The notes below the pieces were generated by a model. That model was not told the origin of the DNA. It was given only the letters and a program-made list of their open reading frames with translations, and searched no databases. Of a stretch of 64,000 nucleotides of DNA, positions 1 to 9,776 are shown in pieces; the first letter of the stretch is position 1; each line of letters opens with the position of its first letter. The translations under genes were made by a program, and so were the position numbers. The stretch is taken from the NCBI GenBank assembly GCA_037305845.1, contig CP147778.1:1536001-1600000 (forward strand). The letters run 5' to 3'. Source of the stretch: Candidatus Freyarchaeum deiterrae (GTDB lineage Archaea; Asgardarchaeota; Jordiarchaeia; Jordiarchaeales; Jordiarchaeaceae).

Positions 1-582
1 TTTCTAATAGAGGGCAAAAAACGCTGGCAAAGTGCAGTTACAGGTCTAAAAAACCTTTACAAAGCCTCCGATACCATGATAATCATCCCCAACGAAAGAC
101 TATTGGAAGTCTCAACCAAAGTCTCCCTCACCGAGGCGTTTAAACATGCAGACGAAATTCTAACAAAAGGAATCAAATCATTGGCTGAGCTGGTTGTCAA
201 ACCTGGACTTGTAAACGTCGATCTCGCCGATGTCAGAACTGTCATTAAGAACAGTGGAATTGCTTTCATAGGTGTTGGAGAATCAGAAGGCAATGACAGG
301 GCGAGCAAGGCGGTTGAAAACGCACTGGCAAACCCCATAGTGGATGTAGATATCCAGAATGCAAGGGCAGCACTTATAAACATATGCGGCGACCAAAGTC
401 TAACACTGGGAGAAGCAGAATTAGTCGTAAGAAAAGTATACGAAAGAGTAAATAAGAACTCAGAAATCATCTGGGGCGCGGTCATTAACCCAAATTTAAA
501 AAACACTCTACGCGTAACATTAGTAGTCGGCTCTGTATCATTCCCCTATGTCGAACAATTAATCAAAAACGTAGAGGGCTAA
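1..582 (+). CDS. ftsZ: Cell division protein FtsZ, C-terminal part (5' end outside window)
   Basis: Frame open from base 1; motifs IIIPNERLL, GLVNVDLADVRTV, A(L)ANPIVDVDI, IIWGA..LRVTLVV; sits upstream of secE-nusG as usual in archaea. Confidence 0.95.
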   Translation, partial: FLIEGKKRWQSAVTGLKNLYKASDTMIIIPNERLLEVSTKVSLTEAFKHADEILTKGIKSLAELVVKPGLVNVDLADVRTVIKNSGIAFIGVGESEGNDRASKAVENALANPIVDVDIQNARAALINICGDQSLTLGEAELVVRKVYERVNKNSEIIWGAVINPNLKNTLRVTLVVGSVSFPYVEQLIKNVEG

Positions 583-912
583 AAATCATGGAATAAACAA
601 GACAGGGAAGCCCTCAAATATCGGAGCGGAATAGGATTCCCCTTTAAAAGAGAGAACAATTGTTTCGTTTGCGATTTAACAAGTTTTCTTACTATTCACG
701 CGTTTTAGAGACTTATTTCAACCACATTTTTTTCAGAAAAATCCCATTAACCACAAGAAAGTGGATGAAATCTATCCATAGTACCAAAAATAACATCCTG
801 AGAGCAAGAAAGTCAATTAAGTTTAAAAGATATTAAGGTAAATTCCTATCTAGCTAATGCTAATCAAATCAAACACTATCGACGTATAGAACAGATTTGG
901 AGGCCTAACAAA

Positions 913-1113
913 TTGGGCATAATAAGTTTCCTTAAAAGATCTAGACGTGTATTCAAGCTAGCTAGGTATCCATCCCGAAAAGAAATGTGGGCAATAATCA
1001 GGGTTTGCATCTTAGGCATTCTCCTAATAGGATTTGTTGCATTCGTAATCACGTTACTCTTTGTTAACGGCTTACTTCCCATCATTAGACCGACTACTAC
1101 TGCTGTCTTATAA
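913..1113 (+). CDS. secE: Protein translocase subunit SecE/Sec61-gamma
   Basis: RRVFKLARYPSRKE motif followed by one TM helix; ftsZ-secE-nusG synteny. Confidence 0.9.
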   Translation: MGIISFLKRSRRVFKLARYPSRKEMWAIIRVCILGILLIGFVAFVITLLFVNGLLPIIRPTTTAVL

Positions 1114-1142
1114 TCTTGAAAAATAAAGTATAGGTGGGGTAA

Positions 1143-1625
1143 ATGTCTAAAAAAACAAGCATATTCGCGCTCAGGACAACCATTGGACAAGAAAAGAGTG
1201 TTGCCACACTAATAGAGAAAAGAGTAGATAGCAATCCTCAAGCGGAAATTAAGGTTATACTGGTGCCCGAGGCTCTCAGCGGATATGTTTTCATTGAAGC
1301 CCCCAGCCAGAGGGAAATTAACAGAATAATAACAGGCTTACCCCACGTTAGAGGAAAAGTGGTAGGCAAAATAGACATTGGTGAATTAAATGATTTCCTA
1401 ATTCCAAAACCCTCAACAGAAGGAATTAGTAGAGGAGACATAGTGGAAATAACTGGAGGCCCCTTCAAGGGTGAAAAAGCGAAAGTGACCCGAATAGACC
1501 CAGACAAGGGAGACGTAGTCCTAGAACTAATAGAATCACAGTTTCCAATTCCGGTGAAAGTTCATGCTGACTATGTTAAGCTTGTGGAGAAGGGAGAGGG
1601 TGAAGGAGAAGGCGAGAACGAATAA
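1143..1625 (+). CDS. nusG: Transcription elongation factor Spt5/NusG
   Basis: FALRTTIGQE, GYVFIEA, KOW motif GDIVEITGGPFKGE. Confidence 0.97.
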   Translation: MSKKTSIFALRTTIGQEKSVATLIEKRVDSNPQAEIKVILVPEALSGYVFIEAPSQREINRIITGLPHVRGKVVGKIDIGELNDFLIPKPSTEGISRGDIVEITGGPFKGEKAKVTRIDPDKGDVVLELIESQFPIPVKVHADYVKLVEKGEGEGEGENE

Positions 1626-1885
1626 TTTTTAATAAATAAAATTATTCATATAAGATTTATGTTATGCAAATTATACTGACTTGCTAAAGAAGTCATTAAT
1701 CGCAAAAAATTTTTAAACTTGCGGCAAGATGTGTTTCGATGCATAGATTTAATTAAAAAAGTTTAAGGTAACAGCTAGATAAATTATAAATCCCGTAAAG
1801 GGGTATCTCTACAAGTGAAATGTTAAAGAACTATAACAGATCCCCGCCCTATTATGAAATGAGATGTTAAAGAAGGAGAACTAAA

Positions 1886-2374
1886 ATGGTACAAAAAGTA
1901 ATCGTAAGCGCATTGGTCGATGGAGGCAAGGCGTCTGCAGGGCCTCCTATTGGACCGGCTTTGGGTCCTACTGGTGTTAATCTTTACCAAGTGGTTCAGA
2001 AAATTAATGAAATGACTGCTAACTTTAAAAATTTGAAAGTTCCGGTGAAGATACTTGTTAATCCTGAGGATAAATCCTTTGAGGTTGAGGTGGGGACGCC
2101 TCCTACATCTGCCCTGATACTCAGTGAATTGGGTGTAGAGAAAGGTAGTAAGGAGCCGAACAAGAGTAAAGTTGGAGACATTAGCATTGATGCCGTGGTG
2201 AAGATAGCTAAAATGAAAATTGATAACCTTGCGGCGAATAGTTTAGAGAAAGCTACACGCACGATTTTGGGAACCTGTGTATCTGTGGGTGTCACAGTTA
2301 ATGGAAAGGATCCCAAGGAAGTGCAGAAAGAAATCTCGGAAGGAAAGTATAGTGAATTATTATCCAAAGCGTAA
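1886..2374 (+). CDS. rpl11: 50S ribosomal protein L11
   Basis: GGKASAGPPIGPALGPTG, ILGTCVSVGV. Confidence 0.97.
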   Translation: MVQKVIVSALVDGGKASAGPPIGPALGPTGVNLYQVVQKINEMTANFKNLKVPVKILVNPEDKSFEVEVGTPPTSALILSELGVEKGSKEPNKSKVGDISIDAVVKIAKMKIDNLAANSLEKATRTILGTCVSVGVTVNGKDPKEVQKEISEGKYSELLSKA

Positions 2375-2478
2375 TTTTCTATTGGTTTAAATGTGTTGGG
2401 GTGATTCGTAGCCTCTTTTATGATTTGAAAAATGGACTTAATTGTGTCTAGCTGATTGTTATTTAGAAGGGAATTGTT

Positions 2479-3120
2479 ATGCCTTTAGATGATAAGAAAG
2501 TCTTGGAAGCTATCAAGAAGGTTAAGCAGAATTCGAAGAAGAGAAAATTTGTTCAGTCGATTGAGTTAGCAATCAATATGAAAGATGTTGACTTGAAAAA
2601 ACCGGAGAATCGTGTAAATACAGAGCTAACTCTCCCGAATGAGACTGGTAAAGATCCAAAGGTTTGTGTAATTGCAGCGGGAGACCTTGCGGTTAAGGCG
2701 AAGAATGCGGGAGCTTATGTGATAGATAAAGATGAGCTAAGCGAGGTTGCACGAAATAAGAAAACTGTGAAAAAACTTGCTCAGGAATATGATTTTTTTA
2801 TTGCCCGAGCTGATGTAATGCCTCAGATTGGTAAAACTCTTGGTTCCGTACTCGGTCCAAGGGGTAAAATGCCAAAGCCGGTTCCTCCAAATGCGGATAT
2901 TAAAACTCTTCTTGATCAGTACAAAAGAAATGCGCGTGTTAGAATGAGAGAGAATCAGGTTATACACTTAAGGATTGGCAACGAGGAGATGGATGAGAAG
3001 AAAATGGTGGATAATGTTCAGAGTGTTATCAACTTTTTAGAGGGTAAATTTGAAAAGGGGTCCAGAAATATTAAATCTGTTTATCTAAAAACTACTATGG
3101 GCCCGGCAGTAAAAGTGTAA
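2479..3120 (+). CDS. rpl1: 50S ribosomal protein L1
   Basis: KRKFVQSIELAIN, LGPRGKMPKP, KTTMGPAVKV. Confidence 0.97.
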   Translation: MPLDDKKVLEAIKKVKQNSKKRKFVQSIELAINMKDVDLKKPENRVNTELTLPNETGKDPKVCVIAAGDLAVKAKNAGAYVIDKDELSEVARNKKTVKKLAQEYDFFIARADVMPQIGKTLGSVLGPRGKMPKPVPPNADIKTLLDQYKRNARVRMRENQVIHLRIGNEEMDEKKMVDNVQSVINFLEGKFEKGSRNIKSVYLKTTMGPAVKV

Positions 3121-3129
3121 TAGGAAGCT

Positions 3130-3948
3130 TTGAAAATGGCGGTAACTGCTAGAGGAAGACCTGTACCAGGGTACAAGGTGGAAAAGAAAAGCGAGTTAAA
3201 GAGTTTATTAGAAAAGTATAAGGTTATAGGCATAACTACCATGCAAGGAATAGGTGCTAAACAACTTCAGGGTCTGAGGAAGAAACTGAAGGGTACTGCA
3301 CTGATAAGAATGGATAAAAACACGATTATCACGCGTAGTCTTAGTGAAATTAAGGATAAAAAGAAAAATGCCGATAAGCTAGCAGACTACGTGAGAGGGT
3401 CAGTAGCATTAATACTTACGGACATGGATCCATTCAAATTAAGCAACATCCTTGCCAAGAACAAAACCCGAACCACTGCCAAGCCGGAAACCGTGAGCCC
3501 CGTTGAAATTATGGTGCCAGCAGGAAACACTGGTTTTCCACCCGGCCCAGTAATTGGTGAGTTAGGTGAAGCAGGACTTCCAACCCGTGTAGAATCAGGA
3601 ACAATATGGATAACGAAAGACACAGTTGTAGCGAAGCAGGGAGACCTTATTAACAAAAAATTAGCGCTGGTTCTTAAAAGAATCGGCATTGAACCCATAG
3701 AGGTTGGTTTATCACTTTATGCAGCTCTCGATGACGGCTTAATATTAACGGAGGATGTTTTAGCTGCGGATCCTGAAAAATATGTAAAGAGAATTCAAGA
3801 AGCATATATCCAGGCATTAAATCTTGCAATATACGCAGGAATAATTACGCCGGAAACAATACCTTTGCTATTAAGAAAAGCCTATGCAGAAGCCTCAAAT
3901 ATAGCGATAAAAGCTAAGCTGGATATACCTGAACTCTCTCAAAAGTAA
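3130..3948 (+). CDS. rpl10: 50S ribosomal protein L10/P0 (no acidic C-terminal tail)
   Basis: KNT motif, VPAGNTGFPPGP, GIEPIEVGL; operon position. Confidence 0.95.
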   Translation: MKMAVTARGRPVPGYKVEKKSELKSLLEKYKVIGITTMQGIGAKQLQGLRKKLKGTALIRMDKNTIITRSLSEIKDKKKNADKLADYVRGSVALILTDMDPFKLSNILAKNKTRTTAKPETVSPVEIMVPAGNTGFPPGPVIGELGEAGLPTRVESGTIWITKDTVVAKQGDLINKKLALVLKRIGIEPIEVGLSLYAALDDGLILTEDVLAADPEKYVKRIQEAYIQALNLAIYAGIITPETIPLLLRKAYAEASNIAIKAKLDIPELSQK

Positions 3949-4008
3949 TAAAAAATAAAAAAATCAAAAAATGGAAAATTATGATAAACCTATGAGGTGA
4001 AAGCAATG

Positions 4009-4311
4009 ATGGAATACGTGTATGCTTCGATGCTTCTCCACAAGGCAGGAAAAAAAATAACTGAAGAAAGCGTTTCTAAGGTTCTGGAAGCGGCTGGAGT
4101 GAAAACTGATTCGGCTAAAGCCAAGTCTCTAGTCGCCGCATTGGAAACAGTGAATATCGAGGAGGCAATCAAAACCGCAGCTCCAGTAGCAGCGGCAGCA
4201 CCAACAGCAGAAACTCCAGGAGCAAAACCAGGTAAAGAAGAGAAGAAGAAGAAAGAAGAGAAGAAGGAAGAAAAGGAAGAAGTGGCAGGTCTAGGAGCGC
4301 TCTTTGGTTAG
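4009..4311 (+). CDS. rpl12: 50S ribosomal protein L12/P1
   Basis: [11 protein letters not shown]...AGLGALFG; GAGGTGA ribosome-binding site upstream. Confidence 0.97.
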   Translation: MEYVYASMLLHKAGKKITEESVSKVLEAAGVKTDSAKAKSLVAALETVNIEEAIKTAAPVAAAAPTAETPGAKPGKEEKKKKEEKKEEKEEVAGLGALFG

Positions 4312-4425
4312 AGAGCTTAAAAAGTCTGGAAACTTGCCATAAACCATTAACTTTGTAGCGCGTCTTTCACTTCTCTTTGAGTTTATAGTAAAAAGAACAG
4401 TACACTGAATATTGGAAGCCTCTTG

Positions 4426-7161
4426 TTAGTTTTCACTCTGTTTTATGAGGCTTTCTATCTTTTTTAGCATTTCTTTCATTTTCTCTATTTTTGGACCGCC
4501 CCCTCTAGCAAATCTGCCTTTTCCTCCGCCGCTGCCACCTACTATTTTTGAAGCTTCTTTAATGATCTCGCTAATATTTATGTTAGTGGATTCGCCAACC
4601 ATGCCTATGACATCCACTTTATCGTTCGTCATCGCTAAAACCACCACCGCGTTTGGCCTTTCGTCTGTTATTTTGCTAGCAACTTTTATTGCCTCATCCA
4701 TGCCTAACTTTGTTTTTTCGATGATTAATTCGTATTCTCCAAATTTTTCTATTTTATTCGTAATTTCTCTTGCTTCAGTTTCTGCTATATCTCCACGTAG
4801 TCTTTCTATTTCTTTTCCCCTTTGCTTCCATTCTTCAAAAAAACGTTCAGCTGTTTTAGGCAACTGAGTAGGAGGAGTACGGAAGATGTTGGCGGTTTCC
4901 TCTAAAAGGGCATCCATTTTTTGAACATATTCAATTGCAGGCATACCCGCACTAAACTCCAGCCTGACAACTCCGTCCTGTATTCTCTCAGCCCCTTTAA
5001 TCTTAATTAGACCAACTTCACCCGTATTTTTAAGGTGGGTGCCGCCACATGCTTCCACATCCCAGTTTTCTATATTAATAATTCTAAGGGTACTTCCAGG
5101 TACGACTCCCCCCTGGTAAATTTGAAAACCGTATTTTTTTTCCGCTTCGTCTCTTCGCATCCACTTTGCGCTAACTGGTCTACTCTCCATAACTATCTCA
5201 TTTGCTTTCTTTTCGATTGCTCTAATTTCCTCTGTACTTAGCGCCTTATAGTGTGTGATGTCTAATCGCGCACCTTCAGGGGTTTTTTCCGCTCCCGCTT
5301 GCCAAATATGAGAACCAAGACATTTTTTCGCAGCGCCGTTTACTATATGCGTGGCGGTATGGTGTCTCATGAGTGCGATTCTTCTGTCCCAATCTATTAT
5401 TCCCTTAATCTGCTGAGGCGGTTTTAGGTCAAAGGGTTTATCGAGCTTATGTACTATTACGTTACCCAATTTTTGTACATCAAGAACCCTGTATCCATTT
5501 AGACTTCCAGTATCGTTCGCTGCTCCACCACCCGTTGGATAGAACAAGGTTTGATCTAATACTACGCCGGAATCGACTGCCTTCAAAACTCTAGCTTCGA
5601 ATTCTTTCTCGTAAGGTTTTTCATAATATAGAGTTTTAGTTGCCGGTAAATCCTTGATTGCATCTGTTAGCTCATCCTTGGCAGCAGAAACAGTAATCTT
5701 TTCCTTTTTACTACCTAATTGTACATAGAAATCTCCAGGGATTTCGAGCTTTATCCCGGACTCCTCCGCAATTTCTTGAACCATCTCTGGAGAGATTCCT
5801 TTTGATTCATAAAGCTCAATTAAGGTGCTTAGATCCAGTTTCTTCTGTTTTTTGAAAAGCCCTGCTACGTGTTTTTTACCCTTTTCCAATGTTTGGTAAT
5901 ATCTTTCTCGCTCAGTAGTGAATATATCATCAATAATATCCGAAGCGGCTTCTACCCGTTTGTAAGTTTTCTTCAAATAATTAATGTGTTTATGGAGAAG
6001 CTCCAAGAAATCCAACTCAAAATGATATAAATCGTTCAAACTTAATACGCGTCTAAGTATTATGCGCAGATTATAGCCTCCGCCAACATTTGAGGGAATT
6101 CCACCGTCAGCAGTTGCAAAAACCAGTGTTCTTGTATGGTCTGAAATAGCGTAAAGCGCTTCCAATGGCCCCAAGGTTTTTTCCAAGTCTTCTTGGGAGA
6201 TGCCTAGTTTTGTGGCAACTTCGCTTCTAGCCTTATCGATATTTTCCACCTCATCCACATTAAGAAGACCCGAAAGAACAGTATAACGCTCCAAAAGGGA
6301 TTGATCCACAGATACTCCAGTGCTCTTCTTCAGCCAGTCCAACACAGGGCCGAATGTTGCCTCATAAATAGTTGGGGAACCCTGAGTGAACCATCCTACA
6401 CGTTCCACTCCCCAACCCACATCAATAACCTTGATGTCTAACTCTCGATAAGCACCATCAGGAGTAACCGCGTATTGCATAAACACGTTATTGACGATTT
6501 CTAAACCTCCACCGAAAGCCTCCAGGCAAGGGCCGAAGTTTCCACCGCCCATCCAAATGTCCTCTTTATAGCTAACCTCATCGCGATTCAGTTTAAGGCA
6601 CTTGGTAAGAAACTCAAAATTGAGTTCAATGCAACGGTCCATCCAGTAACCATTTCCATTATAATTGAAAGCATGTTGACCGCCCATAATAAATAGGCTT
6701 AAATGCCTTCCCGTTTTCCCGACATTATCTATGTCGTTGAACCCCTTGCCGCCGAACCTTATACACGGCTGAGGCACCACTAAAGGATTCGCTGGAGGCT
6801 CAATAACTCCTTCAACCACGTAGGGCTGAAAATCGGCAATGGAGGCAATGGTGAATGGAATATCCTCTCTCCACCTAGCAACAACAGGATACTCGCCTAT
6901 CCTTGTGTGACCTCTCTTCTCAAAGAAACTACACCAATTCTTAACTGCTTGGTGAAAATCCCAACCTCCATCCATCTTGCGCCCAATAAATTTGTATCCC
7001 CCAACACACTTCGTGTCTCCGCAGAGTTCACTTTCACCGGTAGTCCAGTACCAATCACCACAAGACTGACAGCGTCTTCTGTCAAATCCTTCTCTCTTAA
7101 ACAATTCTACCTCATAGCTTTCTCTGCTAAACTTACTCCGAAGTTCATCTTTAGAAATCAT
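4426..7161 (-). CDS. alaS: Alanine--tRNA ligase (archaeal type)
   Basis: YPVVARWR, IASIADFQP, HTATH editing motif, EACGGTH, GGSGGGKG C-Ala. Confidence 0.97.
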   Translation of the reverse strand: MISKDELRSKFSRESYEVELFKREGFDRRRCQSCGDWYWTTGESELCGDTKCVGGYKFIGRKMDGGWDFHQAVKNWCSFFEKRGHTRIGEYPVVARWREDIPFTIASIADFQPYVVEGVIEPPANPLVVPQPCIRFGGKGFNDIDNVGKTGRHLSLFIMGGQHAFNYNGNGYWMDRCIELNFEFLTKCLKLNRDEVSYKEDIWMGGGNFGPCLEAFGGGLEIVNNVFMQYAVTPDGAYRELDIKVIDVGWGVERVGWFTQGSPTIYEATFGPVLDWLKKSTGVSVDQSLLERYTVLSGLLNVDEVENIDKARSEVATKLGISQEDLEKTLGPLEALYAISDHTRTLVFATADGGIPSNVGGGYNLRIILRRVLSLNDLYHFELDFLELLHKHINYLKKTYKRVEAASDIIDDIFTTERERYYQTLEKGKKHVAGLFKKQKKLDLSTLIELYESKGISPEMVQEIAEESGIKLEIPGDFYVQLGSKKEKITVSAAKDELTDAIKDLPATKTLYYEKPYEKEFEARVLKAVDSGVVLDQTLFYPTGGGAANDTGSLNGYRVLDVQKLGNVIVHKLDKPFDLKPPQQIKGIIDWDRRIALMRHHTATHIVNGAAKKCLGSHIWQAGAEKTPEGARLDITHYKALSTEEIRAIEKKANEIVMESRPVSAKWMRRDEAEKKYGFQIYQGGVVPGSTLRIINIENWDVEACGGTHLKNTGEVGLIKIKGAERIQDGVVRLEFSAGMPAIEYVQKMDALLEETANIFRTPPTQLPKTAERFFEEWKQRGKEIERLRGDIAETEAREITNKIEKFGEYELIIEKTKLGMDEAIKVASKITDERPNAVVVLAMTNDKVDVIGMVGESTNINISEIIKEASKIVGGSGGGKGRFARGGGPKIEKMKEMLKKIESLIKQSEN

Positions 7162-7324
7162 CGTTATAAAGCCTCCTTTGAATAAAATAATAATGTATCT
7201 AAGACTTTGCGTGGAAATTCTAAAAACTTTGTGTATAAGAAAAACACAGAAAAAAGAAAACGCTGAATAAATAATAATTTATGCAAAAAATCTTTTCTGA
7301 TGGTGGTTAAAAGAGGTTAGCATA

Positions 7325-7987
7325 GTGTTCACTAATCAAAGAATATTGGAAGCAGCAGAGGACCTACGATATCTTCTGAACCGAAAGTATAACAGAGATC
7401 AAGCATTAAACTTTGTTGGAGACCGTTACAAACTAAATAAAGAGGAACGGTTTGTCCTCTACAGAGCGATATACAGCCAAACGGAAGTAAAAGAAAGAAA
7501 AGAAAAAGCTTTAACATTTATAGAACTCGGAGACAAAACACTGACCATAGACGCATACAACGTAATAATAGTTCTTGAAACAATGCTCCAAGGAAAAAAT
7601 CTAATCGACGCCGACGACGCGTTTGTAAGAGACATTTCCGGAGTATTCGGTAAACACAAAATAACAAAAACAACAATCCAAGCAATTGACATAATAATGC
7701 AAACACTGAAACAAACCCCCCCAAAAGAAACACTTATATTTTTTGACAGCCCAGTAAGCAAAAGCGGTGAACTGGCCGCAATCACAAGAAAAAAAATGGA
7801 ACAATACAGCATACACGGCACAGCACAAGTAGCAAAACAAACAGACAACGCAGTCCTGAGAAGAGGACAAGTTGCAGCCACCAGCGACAGCGTCATACTA
7901 CAAAAAGCAAAAAAAACCTTTGACTTAGCAGGATACATCGTAAGAAAAAGGAATTACAAGCATCTATACCCAATAAGGAAAACATAA
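7325..7987 (+). CDS. DUF434-family (PIN-like) protein
   Basis: AAEDLRYLLNRKY, IDAYNVII, D.FVRD, DSPVSKSGELA, ATSDSVIL. Confidence 0.8.
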   Translation: MFTNQRILEAAEDLRYLLNRKYNRDQALNFVGDRYKLNKEERFVLYRAIYSQTEVKERKEKALTFIELGDKTLTIDAYNVIIVLETMLQGKNLIDADDAFVRDISGVFGKHKITKTTIQAIDIIMQTLKQTPPKETLIFFDSPVSKSGELAAITRKKMEQYSIHGTAQVAKQTDNAVLRRGQVAATSDSVILQKAKKTFDLAGYIVRKRNYKHLYPIRKT

Positions 7988-8067
7988 CGGATAAACATTT
8001 TAAAGAATCCGATAAACATAATAAATGAAAAGAAAATCTTAAACCTACACTATATGAGACAAGAGTC

Positions 8068-8210
8068 GGGTACGTCACCTAGCCAGGATTTCAGAAACCT
8101 GAAAGGGTGCCGACGTTTAAGGCATAAGCCCTCTAATCCTGGAGGTAAGCCGGAAAGCCAATAACTATTTGGTCCGGATTTCGAGAGTTCAAACCTCTCC
8201 GTACCCGCCA
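8068..8210 (+). tRNA. tRNA-Arg(UCU) with four BHB introns (20a/21: 8090-8103; 29/30: 8113-8127; 37/38: 8136-8147; 45/46: 8156-8179)
   Basis: Removing the four introns gives a 78-nt cloverleaf: GGGTACG TC ACCT AGCCAGGATA GGGT G CCGGC CCTCTAA GCCGG AATTC GAGAG TTCAAAC CTCTC CGTACCC G CCA; A20 Arg identity element; central helices CAGG/CCTG, GTGC/GCAT, CCTC/GAGG, CCGG/CCGG, each with 3-nt bulges. Confidence 0.9.
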
Positions 8211-8223
8211 ATTCCTCTTTTGT

Positions 8224-9210
8224 TCATTTTCGAAAGTGTTCGTAACCTTTGGGTTCTATTCTTTTTTCAGCTTGACTCGGTAGGCGTAGAACCACGTATT
8301 TTTCTTCTGTGACAGTTCCTATCGGATACAGAGTGCCGCCAACCATTTTCACCGCGTCCACGGCTCTATTCCACTTTGTTGAAGGAACTGTAACAACGAG
8401 CTCAAATTCTTCACCACCATACAAAGCTAGATCTAGGTAGTTAAGATCGTGGCTCTCTGAAAATGTTCGCACCTCTTTCGGAACAGGTATCGAATCGATA
8501 ATGAATCCAACCTCGCTCATTTTGGAAAGTTCGTATAGCGACCAGGCTAAACCGTCGCTGCTGTCTATACTGGATGTTGCGAGATTACGCTCAGATAGAA
8601 CTATTCCTTCCTTCATTCTAGCCTGAGGTTCGTACACGGCACGTAAACCCAGTTCCTTAGATTGAGGATCAGCGCTCAAGTTTTCAAGCAGTATCTTAAA
8701 CCCCATGGCAGTTAAGCCGAATGGACCAGTTACTGCAACAACATCCCCAGGCTTTGCTCCCTTGCGTGACACAACTTTATTCTGCCCAACAAGCCCAAAA
8801 ACAGCTCCTGAAACCACAAGATCAGAACACTCTCCAGTATCGCCTCCTAGGTAATATAAACCGTATTCTCTGCAGCCTGAGTTCAATCCTTTAACTAAAT
8901 CCCCCGCCTGATCAATAGTTGTACTAGGTGGGAAACCTAAGGAAAAAACGGCGCCAATGGGCTTCGCGCCCTTAGCGACAACATCGCTTACATTCATAAC
9001 AGCTGCCTTTCTCCCTGCATGCCAGTAAGACATACCCGGCGGAACGTCAGTACTACCCACAAGCATATCAGTTTTAATGATGAGAGCGTCATTCCCAAAA
9101 GGTATCCCTACAGCATCATCACCAAATGGCAAAACCTCACGTGGAAATCTATCAATTAAAGTGAAAAAGAAATCAATTAATCCACGCTCACCAATGTCAC
9201 TTACACTCAT
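8224..9210 (-). CDS. thiL: Thiamine-monophosphate kinase
   Basis: IGERGLI, GDDAV, NVSDVVAKGA, GGDT, DSSDGL, GGEEFELV, GYEHF. Confidence 0.95.
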   Translation of the reverse strand: MSVSDIGERGLIDFFFTLIDRFPREVLPFGDDAVGIPFGNDALIIKTDMLVGSTDVPPGMSYWHAGRKAAVMNVSDVVAKGAKPIGAVFSLGFPPSTTIDQAGDLVKGLNSGCREYGLYYLGGDTGECSDLVVSGAVFGLVGQNKVVSRKGAKPGDVVAVTGPFGLTAMGFKILLENLSADPQSKELGLRAVYEPQARMKEGIVLSERNLATSSIDSSDGLAWSLYELSKMSEVGFIIDSIPVPKEVRTFSESHDLNYLDLALYGGEEFELVVTVPSTKWNRAVDAVKMVGGTLYPIGTVTEEKYVVLRLPSQAEKRIEPKGYEHFRK

Positions 9211-9247
9211 AAAAACTACCATCCAGAACACTGTAAAAAAGATAAGT

Positions 9248-9409
9248 TGGAGCCCCGGACGGGGGTTTCAGAGTCACACTAAAAGTGCAAGCTCTATCGA
9301 ACCCGCGACCTACAACTCACTCGGACCACATTTGGAATCTGTGGTTGTACGAGGCTGCCGCTCTACCACTGAGCTTTCTCGCCTCTTACTTCACTGGAGG
9401 AACCGAGGC
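9248..9409 (-). tRNA. tRNA-Thr(CGU) with three BHB introns (8/9: 9376-9401; 37/38: 9318-9347; 59/60: 9265-9295)
   Basis: Spliced 75-nt cloverleaf: GCCTCGG TA GCTC AGTGGTA GAGC G GCAGC CTCGTAA GTTGT AGGTC GCGGG TTCGATC CCCGT CCGGGGC T CCA; helices CTCG/CGAG, CTCG/CGAG, TTCG/TGAA. Confidence 0.92.
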
Positions 9410-9580
9410 TCACCGAAGGCTCCAATATTCTTGAAATTCGAAACAGACCTTAATAATTTTTGCTATGCGTCAATACCATTTCAAAAGAATATTTTAACGC
9501 TTTTCCATGAACACAAGAAAGAACCTCAAATTCAGGAGACGCATCGTAAGTAAGTTAGAGTTTAAAAATAGTATTAGTGA

Positions 9581-9739
9581 TGGTGCTCCGGACGGGAGTT
9601 TCAAATTAAGTAATCACTTAGTTATTCAATAAAGTAATCACTTAATATTTTGAACCCGTGTCTAGGGATCGATTGGGCTGATGTACATGAGCCCCTTATG
9701 CTTGGCCCTTATCTTGTTTGGCCGCTACACTACCGGAGC
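9581..9739 (-). tRNA. tRNA-Glu(CUC) with three BHB introns (21/22: 9702-9717; 34/35: 9673-9688; 59/60: 9598-9648)
   Basis: Spliced 76-nt cloverleaf: GCTCCGG TA GTGT AGCGGCCAA GCAT A AGGGG CTCTCGA TCCCT AGAC ACGGG TTCAAAT CCCGT CCGGAGC A CCA; helices GGCC/GGCC, GGGC/GCCC, TTCA/TGAA. Confidence 0.9.
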
Positions 9740-9776
9740 GCTTTTATAGAATTTTTGAAAGCCATGCTTTTAAATT

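Noticed and set aside
600-650. GGGAA...TTCCC hairpin after ftsZ as a SECIS-like element
   Set aside because: Does not fit SECIS consensus, and no in-frame TGA candidates nearby
6735-6760. GGKGF insertion in the AlaRS motif as a possible 15-nt intron
   Set aside because: No BHB; resembles the RAGGKHND loop of other AlaRS enzymes
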